Counted from the first letter of the stretch, positions 39,577-50,057 are shown. The stretch is 64,000 nt of DNA from an uncultured Gemmatimonadales bacterium (GCA_963707505.1 CAVPQB010000006.1:224001-288000); one strand, 5' to 3'. Notes: generated from the sequence alone by a model not told the origin. Made by a program: numbers and translations.

Positions 39577-40952
39577 TGGCTGATACCCTCATGACCCGCG
39601 ACGCGATGCAGACGCTCGCGAAACGTATTCTCGCAATGAGCAGCGCGGACGAGACCCGCGTCAACATAAGCAGCGATGCCGCGGGCAACACGCGCTTCGC
39701 AGCCGGCGACATAACCACGAGCGGCGACACCGAAGACACCGTCATATCTATCACGAGTACCGTTGGTGGCCGCCGTGCATCGTCCACGACCAATCTGATG
39801 GACGACGCGTCGCTCAAGCGCGCTGTGGATACCGCCGAGCGACTCGCCAAACTTTCACCGCAGGACCCCGAGCTCGTTCCGGAGCTCGGGCCACAACAGT
39901 ACCAGAACGTAAACGCGAGCAACACGGACGTATCCGATCTCAACGCTGCATCACGCGCTCACGCGGTAGAGCAACTCATTACCGCTGCACGCGCGCCAGG
40001 CGGCGCAATGCCAATAGATCCAGCAACTCTCTTCGTTGCTGGATTTCTTGAGGCCAGAAGCGGAGCGCGCGGCGTTGCCACGTCGAAAGGTCTGTTCGCA
40101 TATCACGCAAGCACCGACGTCTCACTGTCATGCACGGCCAGAACGCCCGACGGTACTGGTTCAGGTTACGCGTCTGCAGGTGGCCGCGCCTGGACCGCAG
40201 TCGACCCTGGCGCGCTCGGCAGGCGCGCAGCACAGAAAGCGCTGGCATCACGCAATCCCGTCGCCATAGAGCCCGGTCGCTACACCGTCATCCTCGAGCC
40301 GCGCGCAGTTGCTGACTTCATCCCCGGTCTCATGGGCTCGCTCAATGCGCGCTCTGCCGACGAAGGCCGCAGCGCATTCTCGAAGAAGGGCGGTGGCACG
40401 AAACTCGGCGAGAAGATCGTGGATGAGCGCATCACGATGCTCTCCGATCCGTTCGACCCCGATCTGCTCGGCCAGCCATTCGACGGTGATGGCCTACCGC
40501 TCAAGCGTGTCGTCTGGATCGAGAACGGTGTCCTCAAGAACCTCGCGTATTCACGCTTCTGGGCCACAAAGAAGGGTGTGGAACCGACAGGCGGTGGCGG
40601 CGGTGGATTCGGTCGCAACCCTGCTGGACTTAAGCTGGCTGGCGGAACAAAGTCGGTCGACGAGCTCATCGCCGGAACAGATCGCGGCGTTCTCGTCACC
40701 CACTTCTTCTACATACGCTCGCTCGACCAACGGACAGTTCTCCTGACAGGACTCACACGTGACGGCACGTTTCTCATCGAGAACGGCAAGATCACCAAGA
40801 GCATCAAGAATTTCCGCTGGAACGACAGTCCGCTTCTGTCGCTCGCGCGACTCGCTGATATCGGCAAGGCGGAGCCAGTCGAGGCAGGCCTCGTAATGCC
40901 ATCGTTGAAGATCAACGATTTCACATTCTCGTCGCTCTCCGACGCCGTATAG
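39576..40952 (+). CDS. pmbA: PmbA/TldE family protein
   Basis: NTRFA, IEPGRYTVILEP, FDGDG, TGLTRDGTFLIENG, NFRWN; no HExxxH. Confidence 0.85.
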   Translation: MADTLMTRDAMQTLAKRILAMSSADETRVNISSDAAGNTRFAAGDITTSGDTEDTVISITSTVGGRRASSTTNLMDDASLKRAVDTAERLAKLSPQDPELVPELGPQQYQNVNASNTDVSDLNAASRAHAVEQLITAARAPGGAMPIDPATLFVAGFLEARSGARGVATSKGLFAYHASTDVSLSCTARTPDGTGSGYASAGGRAWTAVDPGALGRRAAQKALASRNPVAIEPGRYTVILEPRAVADFIPGLMGSLNARSADEGRSAFSKKGGGTKLGEKIVDERITMLSDPFDPDLLGQPFDGDGLPLKRVVWIENGVLKNLAYSRFWATKKGVEPTGGGGGGFGRNPAGLKLAGGTKSVDELIAGTDRGVLVTHFFYIRSLDQRTVLLTGLTRDGTFLIENGKITKSIKNFRWNDSPLLSLARLADIGKAEPVEAGLVMPSLKINDFTFSSLSDAV

Positions 40953-41118
40953 GGGGTCAGGTCTTGCGCCGTGCGCCGCTCCCGGTGATTGCAGCGTTCC
41001 GGTATACCACGCATTGATTTGACCCGCGATGGCGGAACACTTTGTATCCATTACTCGCGCGTGAGCCGGATCATGAGCAACGCAGAGTATCGACGCGCAC
41101 GGGGCAAGACCTGACCCC
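40953..41118. mobile_element. 166-bp MITE/REPIN-like element with 24-bp inverted ends
   Basis: GGGGTCAGGTCTTGCGCCGTGCGC ... GCGCACGGGGCAAGACCTGACCCC (1 mismatch). Confidence 0.65.
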
Positions 41119-41123
41119 AATTC

Positions 41124-41160
41124 AAAACCCCCGCACGGACACCGTCCGTGCGGGGGTTTT
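41124..41160. terminator. Bidirectional terminator
   Basis: AAAACCCCCGCACGGAC-ACC-GTCCGTGCGGGGGTTTT. Confidence 0.8.
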
Positions 41161-41582
41161 CATTTCTCCGGCGTCTTTTCCGATCGCGGCCGCACCGCAA
41201 GATCCGCGGCCAGCCACACGATCCGAGACATCGGATACAACAAAATCGGAAGAATGATCATCGCTGCCACGAGTCCGTACTGAAGTAAATCCCACGGCAC
41301 ACGTGGGTACGTCAGCACCAGTACTCCCCAGAACCCGACAGCGAAGATGATGAAACACAACGTAATGTTGAGCAGCATCCCGCCGATGTAGTAATCGCTT
41401 TCCTCACCTCGCTCGAGCGCAATTCCGCACTTCGGACAATGCTCTCGCAGATGGAACCAGTCCTTCAACACCGGCCGGCCGCCGCAATTGGGACATCTGA
41501 GGATCAACGCTCGACCGACCATCCGGGCAACGGTACGAAATCCCGGCCAGGACAACCCTTCCGACTCAGTCATTTGTGACAA
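41160..41582 (-). CDS. DUF983 family zinc-ribbon membrane protein
   Basis: RCPNCG...HCPKCG followed by two TM helices. Confidence 0.8.
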   Translation of the reverse strand: MSQMTESEGLSWPGFRTVARMVGRALILRCPNCGGRPVLKDWFHLREHCPKCGIALERGEESDYYIGGMLLNITLCFIIFAVGFWGVLVLTYPRVPWDLLQYGLVAAMIILPILLYPMSRIVWLAADLAVRPRSEKTPEK

Positions 41583-41624
41583 CGCTCACGTAGTGTAGAT
41601 ACGTCTAATGCTAACATCCGGCCG

Positions 41625-41665
41625 CGATGGATCTGGCCGCATGCGGCCAGATCCATCGAGCCTAC
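41625..41665. repeat. Perfect 34-bp palindrome with GTAG head on the minus strand (REP-like)
   Basis: CGATGGATCTGGCCGCATGCGGCCAGATCCATCG followed by AGCCTAC. Confidence 0.65.
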
Positions 41666-41698
41666 CGCCGTACGATATCAATGCTCATTTTGAGTACC

Positions 41699-42778
41699 AT
41701 GAATTCACAACTCCGCCGTTGCCTGACGACGCTCACGGCGTCTCTCGTATCTCTGGCACTTCCCGCCTTCGCTTCAGCCCAGGGAACGTTCATCGCACAC
41801 ATTATCGCCCCCGATTCGGGTGAGCAACGGCACCTGGTCAACATCCGGCAGCTCACGAATGGTGGCGAGAACGCAGAAGCCTATTTCAGCGCGGACAGCA
41901 AGCGACTCATTTTCCAGAGCACCCGCGACGGGCGCACGTGTGACCAGCAATACATCATGAACACCGACGGAACCAACGTTCATCGCGTGTCCAACGGCAA
42001 GGGAAAGACGACCTGCGGCTACTTCATGGACGGCGATCGGCGCATCTTCTTCGCGTCAAGCAGTGCAGTGGATACTGCTTGCACACCCCGCCCGGATCCG
42101 TCCAAGGGATACGTCTGGCGCCTGGATCCGTACGACATCTACACCGCCAATCCCGACGGATCAAATCTCAAGCGCCTCACCAATTACGGCGTCTACACCG
42201 CCGAAGGCGTCCTGTCGCCAGACGGAAAGAAGATCGTCTTCACATCGCTCAAGGACGGCGATCTCGACATCTATACCATGAACGTCGATGGCACCAACGT
42301 GAAGCAGCTCACCCACGCCGTTGGCTACGACGGCGGCCCGTGGTGGTCGCCCGATGGAAAGAAGATCGTGTATCGCGCATTCCATCCAACCGACCCGAAA
42401 GATCTCGCCGACTACAAGTCGCTGCTCGCCGAGCGTCTTGTGCGTCCGAACAAGATGGACCTATGGACCATGAACGCCGATGGATCTGACCAACGTCAGA
42501 TCACTCACCTGGGCGGCGCCAGCTTCGGCCCATCGTGGACGCCAGACGGCAAAAAGATCGTCTTCTCGTCCAACTACCACACCGATCCCAAACTCGGCAA
42601 CTTCGACGTTTTTCTCGTCAATCCGGACGGAACGGGGATCGAGCAGATAACCACCAACGCCACCTTCGACGGCTTTCCGATGTTCAGTCCGGACGGCAAA
42701 AAGTTCGTCTGGGCATCGAACCGGTTGGTCAAGAACCAGCACGAGACCAACGTCTTCATAGCCGACTGGCGCAACTGA
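41699..42778 (+). CDS. Exported PD40/TolB-like beta-propeller protein
   Basis: RQLTNGGENAEAYFS, repeated SPDGKKIVF, FDGFPMFSPDG. Confidence 0.9.
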   Translation: MNSQLRRCLTTLTASLVSLALPAFASAQGTFIAHIIAPDSGEQRHLVNIRQLTNGGENAEAYFSADSKRLIFQSTRDGRTCDQQYIMNTDGTNVHRVSNGKGKTTCGYFMDGDRRIFFASSSAVDTACTPRPDPSKGYVWRLDPYDIYTANPDGSNLKRLTNYGVYTAEGVLSPDGKKIVFTSLKDGDLDIYTMNVDGTNVKQLTHAVGYDGGPWWSPDGKKIVYRAFHPTDPKDLADYKSLLAERLVRPNKMDLWTMNADGSDQRQITHLGGASFGPSWTPDGKKIVFSSNYHTDPKLGNFDVFLVNPDGTGIEQITTNATFDGFPMFSPDGKKFVWASNRLVKNQHETNVFIADWRN

Positions 42779-42805
42779 CTGGAGACTGCTAGGCGCGCCG
42801 GTCTT

Positions 42806-42861
42806 CGTCATTCCCGCGAGAGCTCCCTCGACTCGTCATTCCCGCGAAAGCGGGAATGACG
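42806..42861. repeat. CGTC-type REP doublet (one partial, one perfect hairpin)
   Basis: CGTCATTCCCGCGAGAGC ... CGTCATTCCCGC-GAAA-GCGGGAATGACG. Confidence 0.75.
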
Positions 42862-42870
42862 ATTGGCAGT

Positions 42871-43092
42871 TTACCCTGTCTGGGCGTTCCGGTCTATTTC
42901 CGCGAATTTGTCGCGATTCTGCTTTTGTACTGTCTCTATCTTGTCGCCATGTTCGCTACTATCGACTTCTTCCTTGTTCTTCTCGATAAGATGCTCGTCC
43001 GTCGGTCGGAACTTCTGATCGGTCGCCGGTACTGATCGCTGGCCCGTATATGATGGCTTCACCGTCAATCCTCGCTTTGGAGTTTCTACCAC
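42871..43092 (-). CDS. Small hydrophilic hypothetical protein
   Basis: 73 aa ORF filling the gap downstream of the ABC-F gene. Confidence 0.5.
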   Translation of the reverse strand: MVETPKRGLTVKPSYTGQRSVPATDQKFRPTDEHLIEKNKEEVDSSEHGDKIETVQKQNRDKFAEIDRNAQTG

Positions 43093-43158
43093 AACCGTTC
43101 AGGATGTGTGCCCAAGCCATCACTCTCGACCGTTCGGGAGCGAGCGGGAGCGGGCCGG

Positions 43159-45097
43159 TCAGCCTGCCGAGCTGTCGACCAGACTCGTCCATTCCTCGAG
43201 AGCCCGGTCCAGACTGCGCCGCACACGGTCCAGATCCTTGCCCAGCTTCACTGCGCGAGCCGTCCCGTCGGTCGTTCCATACAGCGACGGATCTTCGAGC
43301 GTTCGAGTGAGCTCAGCTACCTGCGCTTCGAGCTCCTCGACCCGGGATTCGGCTTCTTCCGCGCTTCGCTTCATGTCCCGCTTGGAGGCGCGCTCCTTCT
43401 CCATATCCGACTCGCGTCGCCGGGTCTTCTGCTTCTCACGTACCCGGCGAAGGCCCTCTTCCTCCTCTGCACTGACCCGAGCTGCATGCTCGCGCTCCTC
43501 GCTCGCCACTTCCCATTCGGCAAAGGTGCCAGCGAAGTCGGTGACATGCGTGTCGTGCAGGACCCAGACGCGCGTGCACAGAGCCCGTCAGCAGCGCACG
43601 GTCGTGGCTCACGAGGATCACGGTTCCCTCGTAACCGTCGATCGCGTCCTCGATCGCCTCGATCGATTCGACGTCGAGGTGATTGGTCGGCTCGTCGAAG
43701 ATCAGCAGGTTCGCTCGCGACAGCATCATCATCGCGAGTGCGACACGCGCCCGCTCTCCGCCAGACAGCGTCGCCGCGGTTCTCGCAGTCTCCTCTCCGG
43801 AAAAGCCGAAGCGGCCCAGGTGCCCGTAGATGAGTCCACGCTCCCACTGCGGGCGCATGTCGCTTATGACGTTGTACAGAGTCTTGTCACTCGGCACCTG
43901 CGCCATGTCCTGCCTGTAGTACTCGACGGTGATGGAGCCACCCATCCTGAGTCCACCGGATTCCGGTGCTCGATCGCCGATCAGAGTCTTGAGGAAGGTC
44001 GATTTCCCAGCACCATTCGGACCCACGATCCCCAGCCGATCTCCGCGATTCACGACCGATGTCAGGTCGCTGATCAGCGTCCGCCCCTCGACTCCGACGC
44101 TGACATGGTCCGCGACGACCACCTGATCGCCGCCGCGTTCCAGCGTCTGGAGCCGCAGTGCCATCGTGCCGCTCTCGCCCGGTGGCGGGCTTAGCCGGCC
44201 GACTCGTTCCAGGCGTTTGCGTCGTCCCTTTGCCTGCTTGGAATTCTGGCCGGCGATGTTGCGCCTGATGTAATCCTCTTCCTCCGCAATCACACGCGAT
44301 TGCTTCGAGAATGCGCGCTGCGCCGCCAGCCTCCGCTCCGCGCGCTGACGGACGAATTCCTCGTAGCCGCAAGCGTAAGGGGTCGCCGTGCCGGACTCGA
44401 AGTGCAGCATGTGATCCGCCACCTCAGCGAGAAATGCACGGTCGTGGCTCACGAGCAGGATCGTCTTGTCGGTCTCACGCAGATACGATTCGAGCCAGGC
44501 GGTCGTATCGAGATCGAGATGGTTCGTGGGTTCGTCCAGAAGCAGGACGTCTGCCGTGCTCACCAGCTGTCGCGCGAGCCCGACGCGGCCGCGTTCTCCG
44601 CCACTCAGATGCGCGAGCAGTTGCGTACGCGCATCCACAGGATCGAAGCCGAGCCCGTGCAATACGGCGTCGACGCGCGGCGCGAACGTGTAGCCGCCTT
44701 CGCGCTCGAAACGCTCGAGATCGCGCGAATACCGGTCCAGATCACGCTCCGTACACGCCTCACCAAGCTCGCCCAGCCGATTGGCCTGATCGGCGAGCGA
44801 TTTCTCGAGCGCGAGCAGCTCCGCGAACGGGCCTGCCGCCGCCTCCCACACAGTGGTCGCGCCCTCGAAGTCGCGATGCTGGTCCAGCACCGAGATCTTC
44901 ATGGTGGGAGACTTCGCCACCGCGCCTGAGGTGGGACGTAGCTCGCCGGTGATCAGCTTGAAGAGCGTGGTCTTTCCCGTACCGTTGCGCCCGACAATGC
45001 CCCACCGCTCGCCCTCGGCGACGGTGAACGTGATGTCCTTGAATAATGTCGTCGCGCCGAATTCTACCGACGCGTTGGAGACGGATATGAGAGTCAA
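43159..45097 (-). CDS. ABC-F family ATPase (Uup/YdiF-like), frameshifted near 43575-43585
   Basis: Two NBDs (GRNGTGKT, LSGGE, LLLDEPTNHLD; GPNGAGKS, DEPTNHLD); C-terminal coiled coil LEDPSLY in another frame. Confidence 0.9.
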
Positions 45098-45189
45098 CTT
45101 TGATTCTTGCTTAACGTGGTTACGAGCCGAAATGTAAACCACGTATTCGCATCGCCGGTCGCATGGGTCGCTTGACGGACCGGCTCATG

Positions 45190-45543
45190 TCACCCGGCAG
45201 ATGCAACCCATGACTTCCACTCCGCCTCGGCGAGGCCTATGGTAACCTTCTGGCCGAAACGCACCATCGGCTGCGTCAGCAGGAGCGGCTCCTCCGCGAG
45301 CTTCGCGAGCCAACTGTCGTCGCCCATGCGCGCATGCTGCAATCCGAGATCGAGATAACGCGGCGATTTTTTGTCGATGAGAGATCCGACTCCGAACTTC
45401 TGAGCGAATCGCCGCAATTCTCCCAGCGAGGCTGCGCGCTCGTTCAGGTCCACGAAGTGAATCTTCACTCGTCGTTCGGTAAAGAACCGCTGCGCTTTTC
45501 GCGTGTCGGCACTCTTCTTCGTGCCGAAGATTTGCACTTCCAT
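45190..45543 (-). CDS. ArsC/Spx-like family protein (no catalytic Cys)
   Basis: VQIFGTKKSADTRKAQRFFTERR...PLLLTQPMVR. Confidence 0.8.
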   Translation of the reverse strand: MEVQIFGTKKSADTRKAQRFFTERRVKIHFVDLNERAASLGELRRFAQKFGVGSLIDKKSPRYLDLGLQHARMGDDSWLAKLAEEPLLLTQPMVRFGQKVTIGLAEAEWKSWVASAG

Positions 45544-46036
45544 GTCCTTTAATTTAGGCCGTAGTTCATCGATGGATTGGTGGACAGACGATAATCAGGA
45601 TAATCAGTACCTGGTCGTTCACACGGTTGCAATAGCGGATCGGCGCTTGCCCGTACCGTTCGTATTCGAAAGGCCTCATCACTCCGGCAATAGCTGAGAC
45701 GATCGTCAGCGCCCTGGCCAAATTCCCGCGTCCGGTCGTTGTTTTCAGTACTGTCAACACGGCGGCACTGGAGAGCGTGGTGACCCCGGCCCGGTGCAAC
45801 CAGGCGCGGTTACACGGCGATTACAAGATCGAAGGTACCGCTCGGAAGGATCGCGCGCATGCTCGGTTGTACGACGCGGGCGATGGATGCGCAGTTCGTG
45901 GTAGTGAACGTCAGTGGTATCGTGTCATGGGACGCGCGAAAAGCGTGTGTGAAGGGATCATCGCTCGCCAAAAGCTCCAGTGCTCACATGACCGGGGCTC
46001 TGATGAATCCGGGGCGATTCACCCTGGCAATCGGAC

Positions 46037-46267
46037 TCATTGGCGTCCGCGTACGACGACCCGTTGGCAAACAATCCAAATGGCTACCAACGTGCGCGCA
46101 AAACGTGGGATTGATGGACCTACAATTGATATCCAGAACAGCCACAGCAATGTGCGAGATTGAGGATACTTATAAACTCCAAAACCAAGTACGAGCCAAA
46201 CGGCAACTACAACCAACGATATTACCAGATCCCTCTTTGTTAACGCCCGACTCATTGAAGATCTCAT
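46037..46267 (-). CDS. Small hypothetical membrane protein
   Basis: Two hydrophobic helices; lies in an AT-richer islet. Confidence 0.4.
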   Translation of the reverse strand: MRSSMSRALTKRDLVISLVVVAVWLVLGFGVYKYPQSRTLLWLFWISIVGPSIPRFARTLVAIWIVCQRVVVRGRQ

Positions 46268-46374
46268 CAGCTCAGGCGATCCTCCGTTTGTAATCTCAAC
46301 TCTGTCCTTGAAACCGGCAGCAGCTGACTCAGCGCTGGTCCACTCCTCAGCAAGATGTCAGCAAATCAATTGTG

Positions 46375-46629
46375 TCACAGAATCTTGCGCACACCCCGAA
46401 GAATGCGCAACAGAGTGGCTATGATGGTTATTAGGTAACCTATAAGAAACAGTGCGAATGCGATCCAGGCAAAGGACGACTGAGCCGAATGCCTAAGCAC
46501 TATAAAGCCACACCCTGCACCGATCGCGGCAACCAACATCCACGAAACGAGTTCAAAGTTGAGTTGACAGTCAGACCGGTCGCCAGAGGGTGACGTGGAG
46601 CAGTGGAGAATGCGGAAGAGTCGATTCAC
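46375..46629 (-). CDS. Small hypothetical membrane protein
   Basis: Two hydrophobic helices; lies in an AT-richer islet. Confidence 0.45.
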   Translation of the reverse strand: MNRLFRILHCSTSPSGDRSDCQLNFELVSWMLVAAIGAGCGFIVLRHSAQSSFAWIAFALFLIGYLITIIATLLRILRGVRKIL

Positions 46630-46783
46630 CGAGGCACAGGAACCGCTTCTGATGCTTCTCCATGGTTTGACGCCGTTCGAATGACTGATAATATCTCATC
46701 CGAATCGGTCTCGCTGAATTGGAGAGTAGAGCATTCAGCGCTTGAATACAGATATCGTGTAATTCACAAAAGCCCTCGCGCGA

Positions 46784-47302
46784 TCAATCCGCGAGCCCTG
46801 GACAGCTACTCGCATCGTACGGGATTCCCACCTGAAATTTCTCCACTATTTGATTCCACCGAGGATCAGGGTAAATGGTGATGAAATAGCCGTGTCGCTG
46901 CCACCGCCTTCCGTACGCATTGACAATAGGACAAACAGGATGGCCTACACCGAACTCTTTCGAGTACAGATTGATCAAGCGTCGTACTTCCAGATCGGTA
47001 TTGGCGGCCGGTAACGCCCATATCTTCGTGACGACACGTACATCTTTGCCGTTTGCTGTAGTAACCACTAGGGTCGTATCGCCGTGACTCCCAACACACT
47101 CCACAACGGCTGATCCTAATCCTATTAGGTCGGCATTATGGCAGTGCGGGCGCGCCATCACACGTGTGACAGAATCCCCGACGGCGTTCAAGGGTCCGTT
47201 TACGGGCCCCGTCTGCCGTCGGCATGCGGAGAAGAAAAGCACCGCGAAGCCAAACACAAGCAGCCTGCTCGTAGGGATTATCGAATTGCGGATACGTGTC
47301 AT
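46784..47302 (-). CDS. Hypothetical Cys-containing lipoprotein
   Basis: Lipobox FSAC after a hydrophobic stretch; four further Cys. Confidence 0.65.
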   Translation of the reverse strand: MTRIRNSIIPTSRLLVFGFAVLFFSACRRQTGPVNGPLNAVGDSVTRVMARPHCHNADLIGLGSAVVECVGSHGDTTLVVTTANGKDVRVVTKIWALPAANTDLEVRRLINLYSKEFGVGHPVCPIVNAYGRRWQRHGYFITIYPDPRWNQIVEKFQVGIPYDASSCPGLAD

Positions 47303-47529
47303 GATCGATCCTGTGGGATTCGTGGGGCTTCGCCAATGACGACAATCATAGACTCAGAGACGCATGGATTAGCGCCACCGATATGACAGGGGCACCAGCA
47401 ACGCGCAGGCAATGCACTTTGATAACACATATCGGCGACCAGTTGGCATGCCGCAGCGACCGGATCCCTGCTCCCGTAGAGCCGTCCAGCGCACTACATA
47501 TATCTTGAACAGAATCCAATGTACAGTCC

Positions 47530-48565
47530 ATGAGCGAGCGCCCCATTCATTATACGACCAGCCTGGTGGATACCCGGCGCGCATGCTCAGACCCTCTGGG
47601 GAAAACTCGTCCGCAGACTGCAGCCCATCCCAACTCGGACAGAACGCTGGGAAACGCCGGACAATGATTTCCTCGAAATCCACCGCGTCGACGCACCAGC
47701 CGACTCGCCCGATGCTACTCCGCACGTGTTGCTACTTCACGGACTCGAAGGCACCATACATTCGCATTACGCGCAAGGCCTGCTCGCCGAGATGCATCGG
47801 CGAGGATGGAGCGCCGATCTGCTGATATGGCGTTCATGCGGAACCGTACCCAATCTCGCACGCCGTTTCTACCACTCCGGCGAGACAGGTGACCTTGCAC
47901 TCGTGCTTCGCCGAATCGCACTCACACGTCCAAACGCACCGCTCGCCGTCGCTGGCGTCTCACTCGGCGGAAATATCCTGCTCAAGTACCTCGGCGAGGA
48001 GCAGCAGAAAGCAAACGCACTGCTGGTTGCAGCAGCTACCGTATCCGTTCCATTCGACCTTGGACGCGGTTCCGACCATATCAACCGCGGCTTCTCACGT
48101 CTGTATCAGAAGTATTTTCTCGACTCGCTCAAACGGAAGGCGATCGAAAAACAATCGCGATACCCGGATCTGCCAACAGCCGATCGCATCGATGCCATCA
48201 GGACCCTGCGTGACTTCGACGACACGGTCACTGCACCCGTCCACGGCTTCAATGACGCGATAGATTACTACACGCGCTCGAGCTCCATCCGGTACCTGCA
48301 CACGATCACCGTCGACACGCTCCTTCTCAACGCCGTGGATGATCCATTTCTACCGCCTGACGTTCTTGCTGATGTCTCACGTATCGCGAAGCAAAACCCT
48401 CATCTGACGCTCGACTTCCCACTGAGAGGTGGTCACGCAGGGTTTGTCGGAGGACGCAATCCGTTTCGTCCACTGTACTACGCGGAGCGTCGTGTCGGTG
48501 ATTTCTTCGCGAATAAATTTGCTGGTAAGTTCGCGCCGGCTGCACAGAGTCAAGTCAACCCTTAA
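47530..48565 (+). CDS. YheT-like alpha/beta hydrolase, +1 frameshift near 47553
   Basis: MSERPIHY / RPAWWIPGAHAQTLW...LLHGLEG, RFYHSGET, GVSLGG, NAVDDPF, GGHAGF. Confidence 0.88.
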
Positions 48566-48578
48566 CGGAACACCACTC

Positions 48579-49469
48579 ATGCGCATCACTACCGTTCTGG
48601 CAAGCTCCCTGCTCATTACCGCGCCGTCACTTGCCATGGCGCAGGGTAGCATGGCACACGACATGTCCTCGCATGACATGTCCTCGCACACATCAGCTAA
48701 CGCAGCTGACGATACCACACTTCCGCCCGATGCAGAGCACTCACTGGCACGTCTCGACGCATCTCCCAGGCACGGCCAGTGGGTAATGCTCAAGACGTCG
48801 ACTGGAGATTCACTACACGCATGGATCGTCTATCCCGAGCGCGCCACCAAGGCACCGGTGGTCGTCGTCATCCACGAGATATTCGGCATGAGTACCTGGA
48901 TCCGTGCCGTGACAGATCAGCTCGCCAAGGAAGGTTATATCGCGATAGCGCCGGATCTCATACCCGACGGAAAGATCCCCGTCGGCGCTGATACGCTCAC
49001 GAATCAGGAAGGCGTCGCTGCTGTCTCCAAGCTCAATCCCGCAAATGTGCAGGCCGGTATTACTGCCGCGGCGAACTACGCCATGGCACTTCCATCCGCA
49101 CTGCACAAATACGGAGTCGTAGGCTTCTGCTGGGGTGGCACCGCTTCGTTCGCCCACGCCGTCGTCTCCCCAACACTCGGCGCATCCGTCGTGTACTACG
49201 GAACGTCCCCGAGCGCTGCGGATCTTATGTCTGTCAAGGCACCCGTACTGGGTTTGTACGGCGGCAGTGACGCACGGGTAGTTGCCACAGTCGCGCCCGC
49301 TGACTCGGCAATGAAGGCCATGCACAAGACCTACGAGCCGCACATCTTCGAAGGCGCCGGACATGGTTTTCTCCGCGCACAGACCGGTAATAACGGCGCG
49401 AACATGACCGCAACGCAGAAGGCCTGGCCCGCAACAATCGAATGGTTCCGAAAGTATCTTGGTTCATGA
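48579..49469 (+). CDS. Exported dienelactone hydrolase family protein
   Basis: VIHEIFG, IAPDL, GFCWGG, GAGHGF. Confidence 0.9.
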   Translation: MRITTVLASSLLITAPSLAMAQGSMAHDMSSHDMSSHTSANAADDTTLPPDAEHSLARLDASPRHGQWVMLKTSTGDSLHAWIVYPERATKAPVVVVIHEIFGMSTWIRAVTDQLAKEGYIAIAPDLIPDGKIPVGADTLTNQEGVAAVSKLNPANVQAGITAAANYAMALPSALHKYGVVGFCWGGTASFAHAVVSPTLGASVVYYGTSPSAADLMSVKAPVLGLYGGSDARVVATVAPADSAMKAMHKTYEPHIFEGAGHGFLRAQTGNNGANMTATQKAWPATIEWFRKYLGS

Positions 49470-50020
49470 TGTCCCTGCACGAAGCTGAGATCGTCTTCTA
49501 CGCCGTCGTCTTCGGCGCCGGTTTGTTCATCGGCGTTTATGCAATGCTCCACGGCACCGTCCGCAAGGGACATGAGCCGGGCGCGATAAGATTTCCGATG
49601 GCCGGCTTCAACACGCCGGTCATCGGTGCAGCACTTGCCGCATTTGGAGCAGTCGGCTATCTGACCACAAAATATTCGCAATATGATACTATTATCATAT
49701 TGATTGCTGCATTCATAGCCGCTGCAGCGGGATGGATCGGTATGACCGTCCTGATGTCCAAGTGGGCGCTGCGCGGGTCACTCAATGATCCGCATGAAGA
49801 AATCGAGGAGCTGCAGGGAACCGTCGCGACCGTTACACGACCGATCACACCGACCGAGCTCGGTGAGATTTCCTATTCATTCCGCGGATCCCCGACACGC
49901 GCCCCAGCACGCAGCATCGCCGGCGACGCCGTCGCCACCGGAACCGAAGTCGTCATCGACAAGATCGAGAACGGTGTCGCCGACGTCGAACTGTGGTCCA
50001 TCGTGGAACAGCGCCTGTAG
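49466..50020 (+). CDS. NfeD-like membrane protein with OB fold
   Basis: Three TM helices, then GTVATVTRPI...GEI...GTEVVIDKIENGVADV. Confidence 0.8.
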   Translation: MMSLHEAEIVFYAVVFGAGLFIGVYAMLHGTVRKGHEPGAIRFPMAGFNTPVIGAALAAFGAVGYLTTKYSQYDTIIILIAAFIAAAAGWIGMTVLMSKWALRGSLNDPHEEIEELQGTVATVTRPITPTELGEISYSFRGSPTRAPARSIAGDAVATGTEVVIDKIENGVADVELWSIVEQRL

Positions 50021-50029
50021 GTCGCCTGC

Positions 50030-50057
50030 GTAGGGCGCGGATGTATCCGCGCCCTAC
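50030..50057. repeat. GTAG-type REP-like palindrome
   Basis: GTAGGGCGCGGAT-GT-ATCCGCGCCCTAC; supplies the TAG stop of the convergent gene. Confidence 0.75.
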
